Shown here: in pieces, positions 8,811 through 17,652 of the stretch
Layout of the letters: each line of letters opens with the position of its first letter
How positions within the stretch are numbered: the stretch's first letter is position 1
DNA from: Candidatus Thorarchaeota archaeon
GTDB taxonomy: Archaea; Asgardarchaeota; Heimdallarchaeia; Hodarchaeales; Hodarchaeaceae
DNA: 32,000 bases
Assembly: GCA_048882505.1 (NCBI GenBank)
Contig: JBHLRO010000009.1
Location: 91,894-123,893, forward strand
Reading direction: 5' to 3'
Notes under the pieces: model-generated
What the model saw: the letters and a program-made list of their open reading frames with translations, nothing else
Database searches by the model: none
What the model was told of the DNA's origin: nothing
Position numbers and translations under genes: made by a program

Positions 8811-9665
8811 ATGGATATATGCCTAATTGCGGTCCCATATCACCTGGGCCAAGAAAAACAGGGAATGGGATTGGGTCCACTGAAATATCTAGAAGCGGGT
8901 ATTGAACAAGAGCTTTCAACGAATGTGCGTAAAACCTCTGTCGAAATTGTTCACATTTCAGAGCTTGGAGGAGATGAAAAAAGCCGTATTATTCAAGTTA
9001 ACCAGGATCTACGTAGAAGAGTTGCCCGTGCAAGGAGCGAAAATCGGTTCCCATTAATTTTAGGTGGAAACTGTAATACATGTTTTGGAACCTTGGCGGG
9101 TCTCAACAATCAGGATGTGGGTATAGTGTATTTAGATGCCCATGGAGATTACAACACTCCAGAAACTACCTTGACTGGATTTTTCGATGGAATGCCATTG
9201 GCAGTCGCTACTGGTCAATGTCATAGAGATCTTTGGGATCAAATTGCAGATATGGACCCAATCGCAGAATCACAAACCGTTCATTTGGGGGGACGTGACT
9301 TCGATGCTCCAGAAAAAAAGCTCTTGGATACTTCAGCTGTCATGGTTGTAAATACCGCAGACATAAAGGATAAAGGGATTGAAAACGCGTTACTACCTGT
9401 TTTAAAAAAACTGCAAGAAAGAGTTTCAGAGATATACTTGCACATTGACATTGATGTCATTGATCCAACAGAAGTTCCAGGAGTCGATTACCGAACTCCA
9501 AATGGCCTTTCGAGCAATGATGTTCACCAAATTATCCAAATTCTGAACAATCGCTTTTCGATAAGTGCAGCAGCGCTAACTGCCTATAATCCGGAAAAAG
9601 ATATCGGAGAAGCCACAGTAACCGTTGGAAAACAGTTAATTCATAAAATTGCTAAACTAAGGTAG
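8811..9665 (+). CDS. Arginase/ureohydrolase family protein (non-canonical active site)
   Basis: LILGGNC, YLDAHGDYNTPET, GFFDGMP, YLHIDIDVIDP and PNGL motifs of the binuclear Mn ureohydrolase fold. Confidence 0.9.
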   Translation: MDICLIAVPYHLGQEKQGMGLGPLKYLEAGIEQELSTNVRKTSVEIVHISELGGDEKSRIIQVNQDLRRRVARARSENRFPLILGGNCNTCFGTLAGLNNQDVGIVYLDAHGDYNTPETTLTGFFDGMPLAVATGQCHRDLWDQIADMDPIAESQTVHLGGRDFDAPEKKLLDTSAVMVVNTADIKDKGIENALLPVLKKLQERVSEIYLHIDIDVIDPTEVPGVDYRTPNGLSSNDVHQIIQILNNRFSISAAALTAYNPEKDIGEATVTVGKQLIHKIAKLR

Positions 9666-9677
9666 CTGGTGAAATAA

Positions 9678-10610
9678 TTGGGAACAGAAGAGTTCGGTTC
9701 GAGTTGTGAATATCTTCCATTACGGAAAGTTATGATGTTTCGCCCCGGAGAAGAAGTTAAACAAATAACAGTGGATACTTACAGAGAATTTTCCTTTCGA
9801 GACGTAGTTTACTGGAAACGTTTCCAAGAAGAACACGATTCCTATTGCGATGTCCTCAGAGGGGAAAACGTTGAGGTCATTTATCTAAATGATCACTTGA
9901 CCGATTCTGAATACCAGGTGGTAGATCCCAATCTTGTCTATATGAAAGATACATGTACCATCACAGCCGCAGGATTTATCCAAATGCGGATGGCCAAGCA
10001 AGTCCGGACGCGAGAACCTGAACTGGTGGCACTAGCACTCGAAAGACTTGGGGTACCACTGTTCCACAGAGCTCAGGCTCCAGGATTACTAGAGGGAGGA
10101 GACTTTGTATTCCCTGATCAAGACACGGTCTTCATCGGGTATAATCCTCGCTCTAACGAAGAAGGAGGGATGAAAGTGGGTCGCGATCTTCTGGATAAAC
10201 AGATAATGAATACTGTGGTTCTAGTTCCCCTCCCTTCGTGGAGGGTTCATCTTGATGGCGGGCTTATGTTTGTTAATGAAAATTTAATTCTCGTTTATCC
10301 TCCAGCAGTGCAAACGTTTCCAGCTCGTGTTATGCGTAAGAACGAGCCCCCGTTCCTGATCCCTTTAACGGATTTTATTAAAGAAGAATATAATCCTGAC
10401 AAAATTATTGTCTCAGACAATGAGGTTTACGGTTTCGGGGCAAACGTAGTATGTCTTAACAGCAGGAAATGTGTTATCTATGAGTGGAATGAAAGAATAA
10501 TCTTAGAGATGGGGGAAAGAGGGGTAGAGGCTCTGACAATCCCTGGTAGTGAACTGGCCCGAGGCGGAGGAGGGCCCCATTGTATGACGCTCCCCCTTCT
10601 CCGCAAATAA
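9678..10610 (+). CDS. Arginine deiminase / dimethylargininase (amidinotransferase, pentein) family protein
   Basis: YMKD (F-x-R-D equivalent), LEGGD, HLD and C-terminal ELARGGGGPHCMTLPL with the catalytic Cys. At 310 aa it is shorter than classical ArcA. Confidence 0.88.
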   Translation: MGTEEFGSSCEYLPLRKVMMFRPGEEVKQITVDTYREFSFRDVVYWKRFQEEHDSYCDVLRGENVEVIYLNDHLTDSEYQVVDPNLVYMKDTCTITAAGFIQMRMAKQVRTREPELVALALERLGVPLFHRAQAPGLLEGGDFVFPDQDTVFIGYNPRSNEEGGMKVGRDLLDKQIMNTVVLVPLPSWRVHLDGGLMFVNENLILVYPPAVQTFPARVMRKNEPPFLIPLTDFIKEEYNPDKIIVSDNEVYGFGANVVCLNSRKCVIYEWNERIILEMGERGVEALTIPGSELARGGGGPHCMTLPLLRK

Positions 10611-10617
10611 CACATTA

Positions 10618-11403
10618 ATGGAACGAACTTTAATGACTGATAAATTAACGGTATGTCTGACATTTGACTTTGACGCTGAAAGCGTTCAAATACGACAGCT
10701 AGAAGAGCCTGCTCGTGTTTCGAAAGGAAAATTCGCCGTTAAGAGAGGTGTACCACGGATTCTTTCTCTTTTAAAGCAACAGCAAATTCATGGAACCTTT
10801 TTTACCTGTGGCTGGGTTGCAGAGAACTACCCGGATCTTACGCGGCGAATTATCGCAGATGGTCATGAGGTTGCAGCTCATGGGTACCTCCATGAATATT
10901 TGGACACGTTACCCATTGAAGAAGAGAGAAACGTCCATGAACGGACAGAAAGGGTTTTGGAATCTATCGGGCAACGGGTTAGAGGTTTCCGAGCTCCCTA
11001 TTGGAAGTTATCCCCCAACACTTTAAGCCTTTTAGCTGAACGAAACTACCTTTATGATTCCAGTCTGTTTGATGATGACCGTCCATATCCCTTTCAACCC
11101 TCGAATTCATCAAAAACTCTGATAGAATTCCCCGTAGAATGGTTTATGGATGATTGGATCTTATTTGAAGAGAAACAATCTTCTCCCGCGCAAGCGTTCG
11201 ATATCTGGAAGTCTCAGATTGACGCTTATGTAGCAATGACCGATATCAAGGACAATCACCGAGTTCTGACTCTTACCTGCCATCCCGCCTGTATCGGACA
11301 TGCGTATCGAATAAGAATTCTAGAAAAAACCATTGAGCATTTGAAGAAATACGACGTTCTTTTCGAAAGAATGGACAAAGTCGCAGAGATTCTAAAGGGG
11401 TAG
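10618..11403 (+). CDS. Carbohydrate-esterase-4 (polysaccharide deacetylase, PuuE/PgdA-like) amidohydrolase; the start may be ATG at 10633
   Basis: TFDFDAES, RGVPRIL, TFF..GW, GHEVAAHGYLHE, GFRAP, YDSS, MDDW and LTCHP motifs. Confidence 0.9.
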   Translation: MERTLMTDKLTVCLTFDFDAESVQIRQLEEPARVSKGKFAVKRGVPRILSLLKQQQIHGTFFTCGWVAENYPDLTRRIIADGHEVAAHGYLHEYLDTLPIEEERNVHERTERVLESIGQRVRGFRAPYWKLSPNTLSLLAERNYLYDSSLFDDDRPYPFQPSNSSKTLIEFPVEWFMDDWILFEEKQSSPAQAFDIWKSQIDAYVAMTDIKDNHRVLTLTCHPACIGHAYRIRILEKTIEHLKKYDVLFERMDKVAEILKG

Positions 11404-11411
11404 GCCCAAGA

Positions 11412-12038
11412 ATGGAATACCCATATGCTAGTGATATCATGGAGCCATCTCACCGCTCTTCTCATCTCATTAAAGCTCAAGAGTGTTTGGTTCTCATTAT
11501 AGATGTCCAGGAACCATTTATGAAAGGTTTAACACCAGAAAATCGTACTAGGTTTTTGAAGAAACACGCTTGGTTAATTCAGCTGTGTAGTGTTCTTGAA
11601 ATCCCGTACATCTTGACCGCGGAGGACATAGCCAAAAATGGCTCAATTCATGACCTCTTAAAAACTCAAGTTCAAAAAGAGACCAAGTCTCTCCCCATCT
11701 TCGATAAATTCATTTACAGCTGTTGGGGACAAACTGAAATCCGTGAGGCAATTAAATCCATAGGACGATCGGTCGTTGTATTAGCTGGTTTGGAAACGGA
11801 CGTTTGCATCATGCAGAGCGCCTTGGATCTACTGGACCATGGTTATAGAGTAGTAGTATTAGTCGATCTTTGCTATTCCAGGAATGAATTTGAACATTCG
11901 ATTGGAATACGGCGAATGGAATCCCATGGCGTGATTTTTGCAACTCTTAAATCATGGCAAGAAGAGATAACTGGAGGGCTGAAAACCAGAATTAATCATC
12001 TGTTGATAGAAAAGGGGCTCACTGAGATTCCCCAATGA
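11412..12038 (+). CDS. Isochorismatase-like cysteine hydrolase
   Basis: LIIDVQE, FDKFIYSC, VVLAGLETDVCIMQSALDL (cis-peptide/Cys motif). Confidence 0.9.
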   Translation: MEYPYASDIMEPSHRSSHLIKAQECLVLIIDVQEPFMKGLTPENRTRFLKKHAWLIQLCSVLEIPYILTAEDIAKNGSIHDLLKTQVQKETKSLPIFDKFIYSCWGQTEIREAIKSIGRSVVVLAGLETDVCIMQSALDLLDHGYRVVVLVDLCYSRNEFEHSIGIRRMESHGVIFATLKSWQEEITGGLKTRINHLLIEKGLTEIPQ

Positions 12039-12129
12039 TAGTTCACAAGGTAAACTTTATCAACTGATTAATATGAAAAACAGCTAGTTCGACGCAAGAT
12101 CCCTCTATGAACATTATGAGGCAATAAGT

Positions 12130-13065
12130 ATGCTCCAAAAGAAAGAAGGCGTAAAAATTGATATTCCAGAGGAATGGGGTGGAGTTATCCCGTTGGAAGT
12201 GTTTATTGACGAGGCCAAGAATCTAGTCACAAAAGCTGAAGAATTCGGAGTTTATTTTAGATTGGTCGGGGGCCTTGCTATTCGTCTCCATGTCCAGCCC
12301 CATGGCCTAGAAACCCTTTACAAGAGCCTGAAACGTTTAGGGGATGAGGCAGGGGCTGAAATAACGGACATCGATGGAGGAATTTCCTATAAACATATGA
12401 AAAAGATGGATAAGTTCATGCAGAAACTAGGTTATGCTAAACGAAAACCCACTTTATCCACAGCCGCTAGCCAACGTCGTATCTATATCCATCCCAAGAA
12501 TTGGTGGTTTGTGGATTGCTTCTATGGTAAAATGAAGTTCAACCATGACATAGATCTTGACCATAAACGTCTTGCATTAGACTCGCCAACCTTACCCCTT
12601 GCCGAGCTACTTTTGGGGAAAACCCAAATTGTCCAAATGAATTACAAAGATATCGCAGATACAATAATGTTGCTCATTCCTCATAAGATCGGCTTTGATG
12701 ACGAGCCTGAAACGATCAACATTGAACATGTGGGAGAAAAATACCTGCGAAAAGGCGCCTACGCTTGGGGTTTTTATCACACAGTTACAACAAATCTGAC
12801 AAACATCAAGAACGTCCTAGATGAATTTAAAGAGCTCTCCGAAGACCAACGAGGAGATGTAGCTGGAAAGATCGATAAGATAAGCGAATACTTTAGGCAG
12901 CTCCCAAAAAATCGCGCCTGGAAGGCACGGGCAAAAATAGGCGCCTCAAAACGGTGGTACCGCCCAGTAGAAACAACTGAAAGTGTGGGTGAATTTAGAA
13001 TCTTTTCTGGAAAACATCTAATTGATAGACCCACAACCCTCGAAAATTCTAGTCAAGATAGTTAA
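12130..13065 (+). CDS. Uncharacterised nucleotidyltransferase-fold protein (paralogue 1)
   Basis: LVGGLAIRLH...TDID, third acidic residue in VDCF, TLPLAELLLGKTQIV and KDIADT. This is the hGG/DxD plus KD-x-x-D pattern of Pol-beta-like NTases. Confidence 0.7.
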   Translation: MLQKKEGVKIDIPEEWGGVIPLEVFIDEAKNLVTKAEEFGVYFRLVGGLAIRLHVQPHGLETLYKSLKRLGDEAGAEITDIDGGISYKHMKKMDKFMQKLGYAKRKPTLSTAASQRRIYIHPKNWWFVDCFYGKMKFNHDIDLDHKRLALDSPTLPLAELLLGKTQIVQMNYKDIADTIMLLIPHKIGFDDEPETINIEHVGEKYLRKGAYAWGFYHTVTTNLTNIKNVLDEFKELSEDQRGDVAGKIDKISEYFRQLPKNRAWKARAKIGASKRWYRPVETTESVGEFRIFSGKHLIDRPTTLENSSQDS

Positions 13066-13928
13066 CGGGTTCGGGCATCAACACGAACAGGTTTCTCCTT
13101 TTTCACCTTAGATAAAAATCCAAGGGATTCATCTTTCTCTTCTAGAGGTTTCAGGAAATCAATGATCTCAAGGATTTTGGTTTTTCCATTTTGAGTTAAT
13201 CCTGCGTGAAGTAAAACCTCGGATAGATTTCTAACCAGTGTTCCTGCAAAATCAAGCTTCCTAGCAGCCACTTTCTCGAAAATATCTTTTCCTATGACAT
13301 ATTGCCCCGGTTGACCTGGATTGATGCCCTCAAATATTGTATCTGTGGATCCCACTTCACATTGATGCGAATTCACAACTCGGGCAATGTCCTGGATATC
13401 TTTCAAGTCAAAATCATCGGGATGAATAGCGTGGGCTTTGAGGGCGATCTGGAAACCTGGTGGGCAGATCAGACTTTCAAAATAATTAGAGGGTAGATCC
13501 TTGATTTTGAAAGTCCAACACAACCGAATTCCATTAACGAAGAGTTCTATTTTTTGAAATTTGGCGTTTTCAACATTGCTTTTTCGACCATGGAAGACAC
13601 TATCGACTTCGGTTTGCGAGAGCTCACGGTCAGGCCGATAAAACTCTCTCCTTTTGGGGTCATACTGATTTTGCATATTATTGAATGTCTTGTATGGTAG
13701 GAACCCCATCTCCTCTAGAAGTCCCTGAACCTCATGATCTACCTTTAAAGGGAGAAGAAATTCCATATCACTCATTTTCCGATAATCCATCCTCCCGCCC
13801 AAGAAGTGGTATATCGCGCCGCCGCCCCAAAGAAAACAGGGAATTGAATGTTCTTTACATTGGTTTAGGAATTCATAGCCAAGTTCCATTAGGGCATCGT
13901 TGTGAGCCTGCGCCGAGGATTTTTGCAT
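13062..13928 (-). CDS. Uncharacterised nucleotidyltransferase-fold protein (paralogue 2, divergent)
   Basis: LWGGGAIY...RKMSDME, IELF and LKAH...KDIQDI. Its motif order matches paralogue 1. Confidence 0.65.
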   Translation of the reverse strand: MQKSSAQAHNDALMELGYEFLNQCKEHSIPCFLWGGGAIYHFLGGRMDYRKMSDMEFLLPLKVDHEVQGLLEEMGFLPYKTFNNMQNQYDPKRREFYRPDRELSQTEVDSVFHGRKSNVENAKFQKIELFVNGIRLCWTFKIKDLPSNYFESLICPPGFQIALKAHAIHPDDFDLKDIQDIARVVNSHQCEVGSTDTIFEGINPGQPGQYVIGKDIFEKVAARKLDFAGTLVRNLSEVLLHAGLTQNGKTKILEIIDFLKPLEEKDESLGFLSKVKKEKPVRVDARTR

Positions 13929-14079
13929 AGTTTGACCTTCAGACTATTATTCGAGTTTTTAAAGAATCATTTATACGTCTTTTTTCCTGTTTCTCATGGT
14001 ATCCAGAAATTTGTTAAAATCCCATCTCTCAAAATAACTGATTCCACGGGTTATAAAACGGGTGTCAAATCCGAAAGTT

Positions 14080-15090
14080 CTAAGCTTCGACCCTCTGCAT
14101 TCGTTTTAGTTCCCCTTTCTCCAGTTCAACAAGGAAACCTTTGAGGATAGCTTCAGTATACTCACTTCCGGGGTTTAAACAATAAGTTCGACCAATCTTG
14201 ACACTGCCAGGGGATTCGTGGATGTGTCCATGGAGTCCCAGAAGTGGCTGGTACTTTTCAATTGCCTTTCTTACAGCTTTACTACCTACGGGGCCGCGAA
14301 CCGGTTCCCCTCCACTATATCCCGCATAGGTAAGATCGGGATTCAATAACGGAGCCTCATCGATTTTACTTTCAAAAGGTGGAGCATGAAAGCAAAAAAC
14401 CGCATTTTCCAGATTTCGGATAAGGGGAACGAGTTCTTCGATCTTGGCCTCAATTTCATCATCATTTGTCTCTCTGTAGGTGTGCCAAGGTGTTGGATTG
14501 GTCCAACCATAGGATATCATTTCATGGTGATCATCCAAATCTACCTTTGCCCCCTCTCCAAAGATAACACGGGGATCTTTATTAAGAATTTCATCAATCG
14601 CAAACTTATCGTCATTTCCTGGACATATGATAATCTGGGTACCATTGGGAACCCGTTTTGATCCATCTTTCATGGTATCGTCAATCATATCTATCCAGAG
14701 TTGAAGGGAACTTGCTTCAACCTTGTCAAATAATTTGTCTAGGGCCCCACCTTTTATCATCTTGCCCTCTTCTGTTACAGAATCAAGCGATGAGAGTTGA
14801 CGATCTTCCTCGGGAGTCAATCGATAAGTATAACAGCCAGCCATTCGTGCACGGAATTCGAAGTCCTTAATGTCTTTTTCAGTTCGCATTATTACTTCTT
14901 GTTCCGCCACTCCATAGATAGAACCCTTCCATGTCCCATCGGATTGTTCTATTATTGGGACTATCCTTTTTCCTGTTATATCGCCACCCATGATTAGAGT
15001 GTCTACCTTCAAATACTTAGCCGAGTTAAGAAATTTCCTCCATACGGCTTCGGATCCATGTATATCAGTGCAATAGAAGAATCTGACCAA
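14080..15090 (-). CDS. Calcineurin-like metallophosphoesterase (Icc-related, uncharacterised subfamily)
   Basis: TDIHGS, GGDITGK, PGNDD, HAPP, GSKAV, LHGHIHES and NPGSEY motifs. TTG start with GGGTGA upstream. Confidence 0.93.
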   Translation of the reverse strand: MVRFFYCTDIHGSEAVWRKFLNSAKYLKVDTLIMGGDITGKRIVPIIEQSDGTWKGSIYGVAEQEVIMRTEKDIKDFEFRARMAGCYTYRLTPEEDRQLSSLDSVTEEGKMIKGGALDKLFDKVEASSLQLWIDMIDDTMKDGSKRVPNGTQIIICPGNDDKFAIDEILNKDPRVIFGEGAKVDLDDHHEMISYGWTNPTPWHTYRETNDDEIEAKIEELVPLIRNLENAVFCFHAPPFESKIDEAPLLNPDLTYAGYSGGEPVRGPVGSKAVRKAIEKYQPLLGLHGHIHESPGSVKIGRTYCLNPGSEYTEAILKGFLVELEKGELKRMQRVEA

Positions 15091-15531
15091 GCTAATTTCA
15101 CCCTATATTGCTATTTCTTCGCTTTTTTTAAAATAACTTAGCATATATCAATCGGCGTTCTATTTACCACAAATCCATAAATTGAATTATTTATTTTTCG
15201 AAAGATTCCCAGATTTCTATAACAGATTACTGAATTGGAGGTAAAAAGCGTTAAGAATCTTGATTTAGGAGGAAGTATGGTTTTCGCTTGGTTTTAATTA
15301 ATGTATATGAAGAACAGTGTAAAGTATTACTGAGGATCTTAAGTTAGATTTCCTAGTTAAGGAGTAATGCACGATGCTCTACCCCCTGTAAATTAAAAAA
15401 ACGGCCTATCGGTTCTGAAACCTTACGTTTCGCAGCAACGGAGGAGTTTCTAATTCAAATATAAATAGAGATTTCGGTCGAAAACCTTTTAATATTTCTA
15501 TATTATACAATTTTTATACCATTACTTTAGG

Positions 15532-15549
15532 AATAGAGATGCCTCTATT
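15532..15549. promoter_or_regulatory. Palindrome AATAGAG-ATGC-CTCTATT, a possible operator upstream of the permease promoter
   Basis: Perfect 7-bp arms. The AATAGAGAT half-site also occurs at 15464-15472. Confidence 0.35.
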
Positions 15550-15585
15550 TTACACGGTGGCATTATGGGAAGGAGTGCAGTCCAA

Positions 15586-15600
15586 CGAAAAATATATAAA
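15586..15600 (+). promoter_or_regulatory. Archaeal promoter (BRE CGAAAAA plus TATA box TATATAAA) for the APC permease
   Basis: Near-consensus BRE-TATA. It predicts a TSS at about 15619-15622 and a ~165-nt leader. Confidence 0.65.
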
Positions 15601-15626
15601 ACCTCCAGTATGAAACCAATGGCTGT

Positions 15627-15779
15627 ACAGCTGTCGATTTGTATTCTACAATTTATCGTACAAGTCGGCCTGTGTTAGGTAATCTATTCGAAAATCACCA
15701 ATGATGGGCAATCTATCCCTGTAAATACTTAGACATATAGGACAACTCCCCTAGCGATCATTGGTTGATTCGAAGGTGA
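15627..15779 (+). ncRNA. Candidate structured 5' leader (riboswitch/attenuator-like) of the APC permease
   Basis: Hairpin 15627-15673 (4+11 bp with two G-U pairs). A multibranch element is closed by 15687-15705 pairing with 15757-15774 and ends at the GGTGA RBS (15775-15779). Pairings were found by eye. Confidence 0.45.
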
Positions 15780-15786
15780 AATAAAC

Positions 15787-17541
15787 GTGTCTGAATCAAA
15801 AACCTACGTCCGAGACGCAACAGGTCTCGTACGAGAAATCGGGGTAGTCACCGCAACTATTTTCATTCTTTCGAATGTTATAGGTGGCGGATGGCAGAAA
15901 CGAGTCTTTCAAACTACCGGATGGGCTCCGCTACACCCCAGTAAAATTCTCTTGGTAGATCCACTTGTGGTCGCCTTCCTCCTGACAGGGATTGCCGCGA
16001 TAGCAACCGTTTTCGTATTTGCCGTCATGGCAACCGCGATGCCACGAGCAGGTGGCGGATACGTCTACATTTCCCGTACGATCAGCCCAGGGGTCGGCTT
16101 TGTTTCCGCCTGGGCTGAATTTCTAGGGATCGCGATTAGTTATGGTTTAATCGCAGTAGCCGTGGTTGAGTTCGCAGTACTATTCCTACCTGTGGCGGGG
16201 TATGATGTCGGATTCCTTGGATCTTCGCTCATGTTAACCGTCCTGGGAATAGTCTTTGTATTCCTGTTTGCAGGTCTTGCTTTCTTCGGGGCCTCCATGA
16301 CAGGCAAGCTATTGCATCTGATGTTCTGGATTCCTGCAGTAATTACCGTAGCCATCTATGGCTCACTACTTCTAGGTGTTCTTAACCCAGCTGCAATGGA
16401 GACTGGTATCCAAAGTATCACAGGTTCGTCGGCCGACGCTTGGATTGCAGATGCCGTCGCGTCGGGAATCGATTCACAAGCAGCTCCGGACTATTTTTCA
16501 GCAGTGAACACAGCGATTTTAGGAGCCTATTGGTCATGGATTGGATATGCTGCTATCTCGTTCGCCGCAGGCGAAGTTAAAGAGGCAAATAGGTCTCTGC
16601 CTATCTCTCATCTCGCTGCCGGGTTCATTATCCTCGGCGTCTATATGTCGATTAGCACTTTGCTTTCTATGGCAGCCTCTGTCGGAACACATTCAAGTGG
16701 TTGGACGTTCTTCCAAGCTTTGGGTTTCAACAACTACGGTACAACTACCTCTGACCCCGCTAATACTGGGTATGGATGGATGCCGTTTGTAGCTGTAATG
16801 GCAGCGGATGGCCTTGGATTTGGGTTCTTGGCTATTTTCTTTGCTGTCGCTGCTGTCTTGTGGCTAGCCAACGATCTTCCTCCATTCGTAACAACTTCTT
16901 CCAGAATTCTCTTTGCCATGTCCTTCGACCGAGCTCTCCCTGAAGCCTTCGCTAAGGTAGACGAACGCTGGCACTCTCCTACCAACGCCATATTGGTGAC
17001 CGCCATTATTGCAATCCTTGGGTGCTTTGCTGAAGCCGGTACCTTCACAGTGGGCGGTGTAATACACATCCCTGTTCTCGCTGAAGCTCTAGGCAGTGGA
17101 ATTACTGCAACCGATCTTCTCGACGGTATATTCTTCACTATGGCCTGTATTGCTGCCATTCTTCTCCCAAGACGGTTAAAGGATGTCTATGAGAGAACTG
17201 CATGGCGTCCGAAGATTGCTGGTATGGAAGGCGTCGTTTTAATAGGTATTATCGCGCTAGTTGCGAATATCTATCTGGATCTCGTTATCCTTGGAGAATT
17301 TGGCATTTTAACACCCATGGCTGGTCTAGAAGCTATTCCATTGCTTGGAGCTATGCCCATTGTGCCTGATCCCAATGCTTTGATACCTAGCGGCGATATT
17401 ATAGCTTCGCTGAATTGGGGTTTCTACACCATCTTGGTACTCGTTATAATAGGGGCCATTCTGTACTTCTATTATCGCTCGTACTATTCGAGAAAAGGTG
17501 TGGACTTCACAACCATCTACGCTTCGATCCCTCCAGAGTAG
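15787..17541 (+). CDS. APC-family amino acid/polyamine permease
   Basis: YVRDATGLVRE N-terminus, AMPRAGGGYVYISR, AGEVK, SRILFAMSFDRALP...FAKVDERWHSP, about 12-14 TM helices, C-terminal YASIPPE. GTG start with AGGTGA RBS. Confidence 0.95.
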   Translation: MSESKTYVRDATGLVREIGVVTATIFILSNVIGGGWQKRVFQTTGWAPLHPSKILLVDPLVVAFLLTGIAAIATVFVFAVMATAMPRAGGGYVYISRTISPGVGFVSAWAEFLGIAISYGLIAVAVVEFAVLFLPVAGYDVGFLGSSLMLTVLGIVFVFLFAGLAFFGASMTGKLLHLMFWIPAVITVAIYGSLLLGVLNPAAMETGIQSITGSSADAWIADAVASGIDSQAAPDYFSAVNTAILGAYWSWIGYAAISFAAGEVKEANRSLPISHLAAGFIILGVYMSISTLLSMAASVGTHSSGWTFFQALGFNNYGTTTSDPANTGYGWMPFVAVMAADGLGFGFLAIFFAVAAVLWLANDLPPFVTTSSRILFAMSFDRALPEAFAKVDERWHSPTNAILVTAIIAILGCFAEAGTFTVGGVIHIPVLAEALGSGITATDLLDGIFFTMACIAAILLPRRLKDVYERTAWRPKIAGMEGVVLIGIIALVANIYLDLVILGEFGILTPMAGLEAIPLLGAMPIVPDPNALIPSGDIIASLNWGFYTILVLVIIGAILYFYYRSYYSRKGVDFTTIYASIPPE

Positions 17542-17566
17542 CCAAATCTACCGTCCCTCCCCCCCA

Positions 17567-17585
17567 TTTTTTTTTTCTTTTTTTT
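17567..17585 (+). terminator. Oligo-T tract (T10-C-T8), probable archaeal terminator after the permease
   Basis: Begins 26 nt after the stop codon; U-rich tracts are typical archaeal terminators. Confidence 0.6.
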
Positions 17586-17652
17586 CCCCAATCGATTCTA
17601 ATTTTTTCGATAGGCTAAAATAACTCCCTACGGTCATAAGTTTTGAGGCCCT

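Noticed and set aside
9678-10610. Calling this gene arcA of a classical arginine deiminase pathway
   Set aside because: It is about 100 aa shorter than ArcA, with no arcB/arcC in the window.
12130-13928. The NTases as a type IV toxin-antitoxin or CBASS defence island
   Set aside because: No AbiEi-like antitoxin, Cap effector, nuclease or mobile-element gene is nearby, and the context is metabolic/transport. It is kept only as a fold analogy.
15697-15765. The cloverleaf shape could be a tRNA or tRNA remnant
   Set aside because: No T-arm TTC(G/A) loop, no D-loop GG context, no 7-nt anticodon loop on a 5-bp stem, and no acceptor end.
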